Assembly: GCA_964424655.1 (NCBI GenBank) | Contig: CAYRJR010000002.1 | Location: forward strand, 1-36,682 | Length of the DNA stretch: 36,682 nt | DNA from: an uncultured Chitinophagaceae bacterium | GTDB lineage: Bacteria > Bacteroidota > Bacteroidia > Chitinophagales > Chitinophagaceae | Direction: 5' to 3' | Shown: in pieces, positions 7,457 through 17,200 of the stretch | Numbering within the stretch: position 1 is the first letter of the stretch | How the letters are laid out: every line of letters begins with the position of its first letter | Notes under the pieces: generated by a model | Told to the model about the DNA's origin: nothing | The model's input: only the letters and a program-made list of their open reading frames with translations | Database searches by the model: none | Position numbers and translations under genes: made by a program

Positions 7457-9742
7457 ATGATCCGATGCTCTGGTTTGCTTTTGCTCTTATTGATTGGGAC
7501 TTCTAATGTATTTGCACAGTTTCGCCCGGTAGGTAAATGGAGGGGGCATCTTCCCTACAATCAGGCTACCGGAATTGCTACAGATGGCATCACACTGTAC
7601 GTCACCAGCGCCAAAGGCTTTTTCAGCTATAACACATCAGACAGGAATATCGAGACTTATAGCAAGGTGGAGGGCATGCACGATGCGAACCCCATTGGGC
7701 TGGCTTATGATGCCGCAACCAACAGCGTCATCATCTGTTACCAGAACAGCAATATTGACCTGTTTCGCTACCACAATTTCACGGTGCTGCCCGACCTGAA
7801 AAACAAGAGTGTTTCCGGCGATAAAAGCATCCGTGGCATTTTTACAGATCACGGCCTTGCCTATCTCAGCACCGGCTTGGGCATCATCGTTATTGATCTG
7901 GACCGGCAGGAAGTGAAAGAGACTTACGTTTTCAGCCAGGCGGGCCAGACGCTTCCTGTGAATGCCGTTACCGCTGACGATACTTTTCTTTATGCCGCTT
8001 CTGATGCGGGTATTTTTCGCATCGCGAAAAGCAACCCGGCCCCACAGGTTTTTGGTAACTGGCAACCTTTCGATACCAGCCGTGCCTTCAGCCATCTGGC
8101 AATTTTGAAACAGAGTCTTTATGCCACCAGTTCGGGAATCAGCGATTCGCTGTTTCGGTTCAGTGGCCCGGGTATTCGGCAACGTATCTGGTATCGTGAC
8201 AGCACACATATCCTGCGTTTAGATGCCGGCGACAGCCTGCTATACACTGGCATTTTTGATGATAAAGGACAAGGCCGCAGCCTGCATATTGCGACCTCAA
8301 ATGCAGTAGTGGATTCGACGGCTGTGGCTTATCCCGGCGGCACAGTGGAAGGTGCCGATGGCCGACTCTGGGTGGCTGATGCCTATCTGGGCCTGATTCT
8401 GCATGATTCCTCCGGGCTGCATTATGTGATTCCGGACGGCCCAGGTGATGCAGATAACACGGCGGTCTATGCACATAACGATGAAGTGTGGGTAGCGCAT
8501 GGTGGTGTGTATCCAGGCAGCAATGAACCACGCCTAAGGGGTACTGGCATTTCGCATTTCACAGACGACCACTGGAAATTTTACAACGCCTACAACCATC
8601 TTTTATTCAAAGACAGTGTGCTCGATTTTTTGGCGTTTGCTGTAGATCCTGTTAGTGGGACACTCTATGCCGGCACCGCTGAAAGCGGCATCTATGAGCG
8701 CAAAGCAGACGGCACCGAGCGCATGATTAAGCAAGGTGAGTTGCAGGGCCTGAATGGAAACTATCCTGCCCGAGGCCTGGCCTTTGACCAAAACGGCGCG
8801 CTTTGGGTGAACCAATATGGCCTCAATCAGGAGCTGGCAGTGCGCACGGCGGATGGGCATTGGTACTATTATTCCGTACCCCGATTCAACCGGCCCATTG
8901 CCAATTCCGGTGCTGATATGCTGGTGGACGACCTCAATCAGAAGTGGTACCTGGCACCTCTTGGCGGCGTCATCATATACAATGACGGCGGCACACCCGA
9001 AACACAAAGTGATGACGACTATCGCAATCTAACTGCCGGGAAAGGTAATGGTGGCCTGCCTTCCAATAATGTGCTTTGCCTGGCTAAAGACCGGGATGGA
9101 GCCATCTGGATTGGCACAGACCAGGGCATCGGAATCGCAGGAAGTCCGGGCCTGCTCATGCAAGACAAGACCAGTGATGTGGAGCTGCGCATCGTGCAGT
9201 ATGATCAGTTTGCCGGTATTCTGTTTGCCAATGAAAGTGTGAATGCCATTGCCGTGGATGGAGCAAACCGTAAGTGGGTCGGCACCAATAATGGTGTGTG
9301 GCTGCTCTCGCCGGATGCGTCAAAAATCCTGGAGCGATTCACAGTAGATAATTCTCCTTTGCCTTCCAATGTTATCCAGTCCATTGCTGTGGACGGTGTC
9401 ACTGGCGATGTGTATTTCGGCACCCAGGATGGCCTCGTATCTTATCACGGCACCGCAACCGATGGCAGCGAACAAGCGCAAAGCATCCGCATCTTCCCTC
9501 ATCCCATCAGCTCCGATTACAAAGGCCCCATCACGATGACCGGTTTTACCACCGATGCGGATGTGCGCATCACCGACATTGCCGGCCAGCTCATCTACCG
9601 TGCCAAGGCCACGGGCGGAAGCCTGGTATGGAATGGGATGGATTATACCGGCCACAGACCGCAGAGCGGCGTGTTACTCATCTTTGCCAGCAGCCGCGAT
9701 GGGGTTGAAAAGGCCGTAGGCAAGATGCTGTTCATGCATTAG
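7457..9742 (+). CDS. secreted two-component-regulator-propeller domain protein with a T9SS C-terminal sorting domain (PorZ-like)
   Basis: Signal peptide MIRCSGLLLLLLIGTSNVFAQ when started at the ATG at 7457. It has repeated propeller-type segments (WIGT/WVGT..GL) and a C-terminal ~80-aa tail IRIFPHPISS...VRITDIAGQLIY...WNGMDYTGHRPQSGVLLIF...GKMLFMH typical of a T9SS CTD. The size and architecture resemble PorZ. Confidence 0.8.
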   Translation: MIRCSGLLLLLLIGTSNVFAQFRPVGKWRGHLPYNQATGIATDGITLYVTSAKGFFSYNTSDRNIETYSKVEGMHDANPIGLAYDAATNSVIICYQNSNIDLFRYHNFTVLPDLKNKSVSGDKSIRGIFTDHGLAYLSTGLGIIVIDLDRQEVKETYVFSQAGQTLPVNAVTADDTFLYAASDAGIFRIAKSNPAPQVFGNWQPFDTSRAFSHLAILKQSLYATSSGISDSLFRFSGPGIRQRIWYRDSTHILRLDAGDSLLYTGIFDDKGQGRSLHIATSNAVVDSTAVAYPGGTVEGADGRLWVADAYLGLILHDSSGLHYVIPDGPGDADNTAVYAHNDEVWVAHGGVYPGSNEPRLRGTGISHFTDDHWKFYNAYNHLLFKDSVLDFLAFAVDPVSGTLYAGTAESGIYERKADGTERMIKQGELQGLNGNYPARGLAFDQNGALWVNQYGLNQELAVRTADGHWYYYSVPRFNRPIANSGADMLVDDLNQKWYLAPLGGVIIYNDGGTPETQSDDDYRNLTAGKGNGGLPSNNVLCLAKDRDGAIWIGTDQGIGIAGSPGLLMQDKTSDVELRIVQYDQFAGILFANESVNAIAVDGANRKWVGTNNGVWLLSPDASKILERFTVDNSPLPSNVIQSIAVDGVTGDVYFGTQDGLVSYHGTATDGSEQAQSIRIFPHPISSDYKGPITMTGFTTDADVRITDIAGQLIYRAKATGGSLVWNGMDYTGHRPQSGVLLIFASSRDGVEKAVGKMLFMH

Positions 9743-9771
9743 GGCTGCTACATCCGGCTTCGAAAAAAACG

Positions 9772-10539
9772 ATGATTTCTGCCACGCAATCTATTGTGCT
9801 GCGTTCGCTAAAATATGGTGAGAGCAGCCTCATCACGACGCAGTTCACACGTGTGTTTGGTGTGCAGAGTTATTTGCTGAAAGGCGTGCGCAGCGCAGCC
9901 GGAAAAGGGCGCAGCAGCCGGGCAGGGCTCTTGCAGCCAGCCATGATTTTAGACCTGGTGGCTTATCACCGTCCGCAAGGGAATCTGCAAAGCCTGAAAG
10001 AATTTTCTCCTGCTGTGTTCTACAAAAGCCTGCATGAGGAAGTAATCAAAAACAGCATCGCACTATTCTCTATCGAACTGTTGCTCTGCCTGCTGCCCGA
10101 GGCTGTGCCCATGCCTTCCCTGTTTGATTTTTCAAAAGAATACTTCGAAGAATTGGATCAAAGAACGCTGGAAGATGTGGCCAACTTCCCGCTCTTTTTT
10201 GCCTTGCAATGCGGGCGGGCATTAGGCTTTGATATCGCAGGACATTGCGGTGAAGCAACGCCATATTTAAGTCTGGAAGAAGGCGCCTACGTGGCTGACC
10301 TGCCCAGCCAGGGCAGTACCCTGAACACAGGAGATGCCTCTTCTTTTGATCAACTGATGCATTGCAGCGGGTTCGATTCCCTACCGCAACTAATCCTGAA
10401 TGGCACCAGCCGAAACCGGCTGCTGGCCTGGTATCTGGAGTTTCTGCATCGCCACACCGGGCATATGCGTCCACTAAAATCTCTGGACATTTTAAAGGCT
10501 ATCCTGCACGAGCCCCGCACGCCTGGAATGATGCCGTGA
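9772..10539 (+). CDS. recO: DNA repair protein RecO
   Basis: 255 aa. The N-terminal OB-fold pattern TQSIVLRSLKYGESSLITTQFTRVFGVQSYLLKGVRS and the overall RecO length and layout fit. Confidence 0.85.
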   Translation: MISATQSIVLRSLKYGESSLITTQFTRVFGVQSYLLKGVRSAAGKGRSSRAGLLQPAMILDLVAYHRPQGNLQSLKEFSPAVFYKSLHEEVIKNSIALFSIELLLCLLPEAVPMPSLFDFSKEYFEELDQRTLEDVANFPLFFALQCGRALGFDIAGHCGEATPYLSLEEGAYVADLPSQGSTLNTGDASSFDQLMHCSGFDSLPQLILNGTSRNRLLAWYLEFLHRHTGHMRPLKSLDILKAILHEPRTPGMMP

Positions 10540-10569
10540 ATGGGCAGGAAAACATGGGTTCAGGAAAAA

Positions 10570-10770
10570 TTTTTTGGATTACGAGCTGTTGTGCCCTGAT
10601 GGGACATCCGTTGCGTCGCACACTGAGGGGCCAGTGCTGCTATGCAACTTTTCTCATGGCATCTGATGCTTATCCTGACTTCGTTTTACTGTGGAAAGCC
10701 GGTCAGCGAAATCCTGCTGAAGTGTGCGACGGATGTCAGGCTCTGCACGACTGCTGATAAAAAAATAATC
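10570..10770. repeat. composite ~200-bp imperfect palindromic repeat element (two inverted arms of the repeat family)
   Basis: The left arm 10591-10666 matches the reverse complement of 4516-4589. The right arm 10704-10770 matches 22122-22190 (30 of the first 34 nt identical). The arm cores are inverted relative to each other (catccgttgcgtcgcacactgagg versus ctgaagtgtgcgacggatg). The element is bounded by a T-run (10571-10576) and an A-run (10759-10765). Confidence 0.85.
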
Positions 10771-10828
10771 AGATACAACACTGCTTTGTTCCAACTGCAT
10801 GTGTGGCTGAGAATGCGCACTTGTCCGC

Positions 10829-11011
10829 TCAGCATCCCAGGAAGCGGGCGCCGCCCCAAAAGACCACCAGCCAGGCGATGCCTTTAAACAAGAAAAAGAG
10901 GAAGCCAACGACACCCAGCCTTTTGAGCCAGGGGATAATGCCGCTCTTCTTCTTCTGAGGCTCCTGTTCCGGTTCTCCAGTGCTGAGTGCCTCTTTGCAA
11001 CAGCTTTTCAT
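10829..11011 (-). CDS. possible small Cys-rich membrane protein (60 aa)
   Basis: ATG-initiated ORF MKSCCKEALSTGEPEQEPQKKKSGIIPWLKRLGVVGFLFFLFKGIAWLVVFWGGARFLGC. It has a charged N-terminus, one clear TM helix, and is the only ORF in an otherwise empty 700-bp intergenic stretch. I recognise no homology. Confidence 0.35.
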   Translation of the reverse strand: MKSCCKEALSTGEPEQEPQKKKSGIIPWLKRLGVVGFLFFLFKGIAWLVVFWGGARFLGC

Positions 11012-11254
11012 GGTAGCTCCGCGAAGGTAAGCGGATGCTTTGCAGGCATTTCTTAAATAAAACTTAGGCTGCTATTGGGGTTTCGGGATGAGCTTTCTGT
11101 TTCCCAATTCCGTAGTCGTTCTATAAGGAAACAAATTGACTTTTTGAGAAGTCAACTTTTGAATGTTGAGGCTGTTAAAATGCAGCAGTCGTTTGTGAAA
11201 TGTCCGGGCTACGGAGTCTCTAATTTTTACTTTCAACAAAATCCTATTCCCTCT

Positions 11255-14200
11255 ATGAAGCATAGCATCCTGCTGCTGCTAAGCTGCATGTTGATTACTA
11301 TATCTGCCATGGCACAAAAAGGGCAAGAACCCAGCCTGGCTAATTGGAAAAAGGCGGATTCGCTAATCAATCGTGGGCTTCCGGAAAGTGCAGAAGGGTT
11401 AGTGAACGAGCTGTACACTTCCGCAAAGCGGGATGGTGATGCTGTGCAGACGCTCAAGGCGCAACTCTTTCTGATGCGCATCCACAACCACAATCAGGAA
11501 CAATCAGACTCATCCAATATTGCCCTTGCAGAAGCTCAGATTCGGGCTACCGGCTTCCCTTATCAGGCTGTCTGGCGCAGCATTGCCGCCCAGTTATATT
11601 GGGGCTACTATCAGGAGCATCGCTATAAAATTCTGAGCCGCACCATACGGGCAACGGGAAGCGAAGCAGATGCATCAGCCGGTGATTTTGAGCAATGGGA
11701 TGCACAGCAATTTTTCAAAAAATGCAGTTCGCTTTATACCCATTCACTGGATGAAGCAGAGCGCCTGAAAACGATTTCAATCCTGGAACTCAGCCCTGTG
11801 CTGGAAAAGGGGAAGAACACCCTTTCCTTAAGGCCTACACTCTTTGACCTGCTCGCTTTTCGCGCCCTTGATTTCTTTGAAAATGATGAAAAGGATTTGA
11901 CGGCGCCTGCCTATCAATTCGTGATGGATGATCCGGCTGCCTTTGCAGATGCTACAAAATTTATCAGACACGACTTCGCTTCCCGAGACACACTTTCCGA
12001 ACAATGGCAGGCGCTCAGGCTCTATCAGGAAGTGCTGGCTATGCACCATGCCGACACGAAACCGGATGCTTTTCTGGATGCCGACTTAAAGCGTCTGGAA
12101 TTTGCTTTTCGCTATTCGGTTAATCCTGAGAAAACGACATTATACCGTCAGGCACTAGAGCAAATCGAAACGAAGTATGCCAGCCATAGGCTGTCTGCCT
12201 TGGCTTCATTCCGCCTGGCCAGACTCATGATGGGGCTGGATGAAAACGAAACTTCCGAGCAACCTCAGGTAAACCTGAACGCGGTACTAGCAAAACTGGA
12301 TTCTATCATCGCAAAATTCCCAGGCTCAGAAGGAGGCATTGATGCAATGCACCTACGCCAGAATATCCTGGCATCAATGCTCAGCCTCGAAACAGAAGAA
12401 GCTATCCTGCCCGGAAGGCCTTCAAAAGTCTTGCTGCGCTATAAGAATATTCCTGAAGTCTATTTCCGGGTTGTGAAGCTGGACCCGGAATCTTATTTCC
12501 ACATAGACCGGCAACGAGGGGACTCTGCCTTTATCAACAGGCTGCTTCGGATAAGGCCTGTTCAGGCATTTCAGCTTTCCTTACCCGGCACAAAAGACCT
12601 GAGGCAACACAGCACAGAAGTAAAAATTGATTCGTTGCCATTGGGCATGTATGCGATTTTCATTTCCGCAAAACCCTCCTTCCAGAAAACAGATAATGAC
12701 TTGTCATTTGCTCTCTGTCAAAGCACAGAGCTTGCCCTGCTGATTAAGAACGCTCCCGGAAGCAATGCGCTGCATGATGCCGATGGCTATGTGGTTCAGC
12801 GCGAAACAGGTGTGCCGATCCCTGATGTGCGTGTAGATTTTTACAGGCAGGAATGGCAACGCAATCAGTCTGGCTATGTCCTGAATCTGGCGGAAAGCTT
12901 TCGTACTAATGCTACGGGTGCTTTTCACGTGAAGAGCCAGGCAAACAATTTTTACGGGCTTGCGCTGAGGAAAGGAGCTGATGTTTTTTACTCCGATAGC
13001 TATCTCAATTTCTACCGCTACCATTCGCAGCCAAAAGATTCGAGGCAGGTGCTATTCTTTACAGACCGAAGTATTTACCGTCCGGGGCAAAGCATTTTTT
13101 TCAAAGCCATTTTGTTGCGGGAGTCGCCTGTAAATAGAAGTGCTGCGGTGATAGCTGACGAAGAATTAATCCTGAAATTTTTTGATGCTAATCGCCAGGA
13201 AGTAGGCCGACAGGTCTTGCGCACGAATGAATGGGGCTCTGTATCCGGAACATTCAAGGCACCTCAGGGTGGCTTAAGTGGGACGATGCGGATTGCAGCA
13301 TTTGACCAAAATGATCAGCAGGAATTGGGGGAAGTTCGGCCTACAGTGGAAGCGTATAAGCGTCCGAAGTTTAGGATAGGCTGGGACAGCCTGAAGCAAG
13401 ACTTTGTCCTGAATGAAGCCATCAGTATTCAGGGACATGCAGTGGCTTATGCAGGCAACAACATTGATGGTGCTGTGGTAAAATACCGGGTAGTTCGTCA
13501 GGTTCGTTGGCCATTCTGGTGGTTTGCCTGGCGCTTTGCACCTCAAGGCCATAGTAGCGAACAACAAATGGCTTCCGGCACGACCACCACTGATGCTAAT
13601 GGTACATTCAAAATCACTTTCGATGCACTGCCCGACCAAAGTATTGATGCACGCTCGCTGCCCGTATTCTGCTACAGAATCTATGCAGATGTAACCGACC
13701 TGAATGGTGAGACACGCTCTGGCGAAACACAGGTTTCAATTGGGTATCGCTCTTTGCAAATTGTAGCGGACATACCCGCGCAATCTTCCAGAAAGGAAGT
13801 AGGAAGCTGGCAGATTAGCTCCCAGAATCTAAATGGAGATTTTGTCGCTACAGCCATGCATATTCAAGTGGCCAGGCTACAGCAGCCAAAGCAGATTTAT
13901 CGAAAGAGATATTGGCCTGTTCCAGATCAATTCGTGATGAGCGAAGCTGTTTTCCACAAGGCTTTCCCATTGGATGCCTACAAAGACGAAGACGATTATC
14001 GAAACTGGAAAGAACAGTCCATCACGGCAGAACAAAGCTTGATAACCACCCCAAAAAGCAACATCAGGCTTCCGGAAAATGCATTCCCGGACAATGGTTG
14101 GTACTGCATTACGATAAGTGCCAAAGACAAGCAGGGAAAGGCCGTGGAGGAGAAGAAATTTGTGCAGATATGGGATGCTTTTGCCTCAGGCAGCACCTAC

Positions 14201-17200
14201 TCAGCACTGAACATTTGGCCGCAGACGCAATCGCGTGAGCCGGGTGAACAGGCAGACATAAAAGTCATCTCTGACTTGGGTGCATTACATCTCATCCGTC
14301 AGGTGCAATACATAGGTGGTAGTGAAATTTCACTCCGCCACATGCATGCAAGCGGAACAGATGAATGGCACAAAAACATCAGCGAAGATGACCGTGGTGG
14401 CATTGCCGTTTCTTACATCACAGTTCGGGATAATCGGGTCTATCAGGTGAGCGCACCAATCCATGTGCCCTGGAAGAATAAAGAGCTGCATATTGAATGG
14501 GAGACACACCGCAACAAGCTGCTGCCCGGGCAGCAGGAGCAATGGACGCTGTTGCTGCGAGGTGAAAAGAAAGAGCAGGTGGCCGCTGAGCTTGTGGCCA
14601 CGCTTTATGATGCATCTCTGGATGCCTTCAAACCACATAGCTGGCAAATCAGTTCCTTGTTTCCTTCGCTCAGTGTCCTGCCTTCCTGGATTGCGAATAT
14701 TGGCTTTGAGCCTGTCGGTTCCAGAGGTATTGCGACATTCCAGGTGTCGGCATTGCCGGGATATGCCAAGAGCTATTATCAGATTGCCTGGCTCAATGAT
14801 ATCGGTCAGAATAACTGGGGCCTCCTATATGATAGGGAAGGTGCTCCTTCAGGCGGAAGAATACTGTCTGCAACGAGTATGCGTGCTGCAGAACCATTGA
14901 TGAAAAAGGATAGTGAAGTAAGCAGGCAGAAAGAAGCACCTGCATCATCGGCAAAGCCAATTGAAGCCCTGGCAGCAGTTGAATTTCCAATTCGTAAAAA
15001 CTTACAGGAAACTGCCTTTTTCTTTCCGCAATTGCATACCGATAGCACGGGGGCCATACGAATTTCATTCACTATTCCGGAAGCACTTACAGAATGGAAA
15101 CTGATGGCATTTGCACACACGAAGGACCTGTGTACCGGCTTACTGAACGGCAATGTAAAGACACAGAAAGACCTGATGGTACAGCCCGAACTGCCCCGTT
15201 TTTTGCGTCAGGGAGATGCGATTCAGATTTCCTCCAAAATCGTTAACCTGTCAGAAGGCCAGCTCCGGGGAACTGCAAAAATTGAAATAGTAGATGCACT
15301 GAACGGCAAGGTGCTGAACACTGCATTCCGGCTGGCGCAAACTGAACTCCCTTTCAGTTTGCAGCAGGATGCAAGCGGTACTGTATCCTGGCTATTGCAT
15401 GTGCCTGAAAGCCGCTATGAGCCGATGATTATTCGCATTTCAGCAAAGGCAGGGGCCTTCACAGATGGCGAGGAAAATATCCTGCCTGTGCTGACCAATC
15501 GCATGTTGGTGACTGAGACTTTACCCCTGTGGATGAATGGTAGCGGACAGAAGCATTTTTCTTTTGAAAAGCTTGTGGAAGCTACATCCAGCCCATCCAT
15601 GTCGCAGCTTGGCCTTACGGTAGAATACACGACTAATCCGATATGGAACGTGGTGAAGGCATTGCCCTACCTGATTGAATATCCTTACGAGTGTTCGGAG
15701 CAAACTTTCAACCGCTATTATGCGAATGCACTGGCTGCTCACATCATGGATGAAGCGCCACGTGTGAAAACTGTATTTAAAAAATGGCAGGAAGAAGCCG
15801 GGCAGGCCGCACTGAAATCTCCTTTAGAAAACAATCAGGAATTGAAGTCGGCCCTGCTGGAAGAAACGCCCTGGGTACTAGATGCACAGAGTGAAACAAA
15901 ACAGCAGGAAAATATTGCCTTGCTTTTTGAAACTTCCAAGATGCAGGAAGGCCTGAAAAAGGATTTGCAAAAGCTGGATGATATGATGCTGCCAGAAGGT
16001 GGTTGGCCTTGGTTTAAAGGCGGGCCAAGGCCCAATCGCTACATCACACAATACATCATGACCGGCCTGGGTCGTTTGCGGGCAATCAGTAAAAACTCGG
16101 CAGACGACGGGAGCAGGTTCTTACCCGAAAAAGGTAAGTTCCTGCAAGGCACCATCCCGCAGGAAATGATTGATAAAGCCCTGCCTTATCTAGACCGTGA
16201 AATGGAACATGATTATCGGGAATTGCTGCGCCGGCATGCCGATATGAAAGCACAACAAATAGGCAATGTCGAAGCGCAATACCTCTATCTGCGCTCCTTC
16301 TTCAATGACATTCCGCAATCAGAAATCTCTGCTGAAGCAATAAACTTTTTCAAAAAACAGGCAAAGCAATATTGGCCTCAGTTCAATCCTTATATCAAAG
16401 GCATGATTGCCGTGGCTATGTACCGCAATGGCGAAAAGACAACGAGCCAAGACATCCTCCAATCCCTGCGAGAGACAAGCATTCATAAGGAAGAGACCGG
16501 CATGTACTGGAAGCAGCCAAGCCGAAGCTGGTGGTGGTATGATGCTCCAATCGAAACCCAAAGCCTGCTCATCGAATGTTTTTCTGAAATAGCCCATGAC
16601 CAGACTAGCATAGACATGATGAAACGCTGGCTGCTGAAACAAAAACAAACACAAAATTGGGGCACAACCACGGCCACCGCTGATGCCTGCTATGCCTTGC
16701 TCCTGGCCCCTTCGGGGAAATTAATTCCGTTGAATAACGATAGGCAGGTCAGCATTACCCTCGGCGATACCAGCATTCATTCTTCTGCTTTACTGCAAGA
16801 AGCCGGTAGTGGATATTTCAAATTCAAAATCCCTGGTGTTGACATCCGTCCTGAAATGGGAAATATCAGCCTGAACATTACTCCTACAACATCATCTTCC
16901 GGCAATCAAATTCCGGATGGACAACCTTCATGGGGCGCCATTTATTGGCAATATTTTGAAGCACTCGATAAGATTATTCCGTCAGCTACTCCGCTGGTGT
17001 TGAAGAAAGAATTATTCCTCGAAAAGAACACTGATCGAGGCCCGGTCCTGGTGCCTATTTCTTCCGATTCAATCAGCACAGAGAAAGGCATTGCAGAGCC
17101 CCTGAAAATTGGAGACAAAGTGCGCGTCCGGATTGAAATCAGTGTGGATAGGGACATAGAATATGTGCATTTGAAAGTTGGCCGTGCTGCCTGCTTTGAG

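Noticed and set aside
10366-10386. A tRNA T-arm-like GGGTTCGATTCCC sequence.
   Set aside because: It lies inside the well-supported recO reading frame (HCSGFDSLPQL). Only 3 bp of T-stem can pair, and no acceptor, D or anticodon arms can be built around it.
10362-10887. ORFs 10362-10757 and 10642-10887, which share peptide strings (HPLRRTLRGQCCY, LFSWHL) with ORFs at 4414-4602 and 3471-4538.
   Set aside because: The shared 'peptides' are translations of the same DNA repeat in inverted copies. One ORF overlaps the recO 3' end out of frame, and neither has independent coding support.
11075-11254. N-terminal extensions suggested by the ORF track: A2M from 11075, glnS from 18477, ridA from 20773, the PaaY-like gene from 22935, the ferritin-like gene from 24723 and the transketolase gene from 4538.
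   Set aside because: The extensions lack homology, overlap neighbouring genes or repeats, and bury obvious signal peptides or canonical N-termini. Internal ATG or GTG starts give the expected protein starts.
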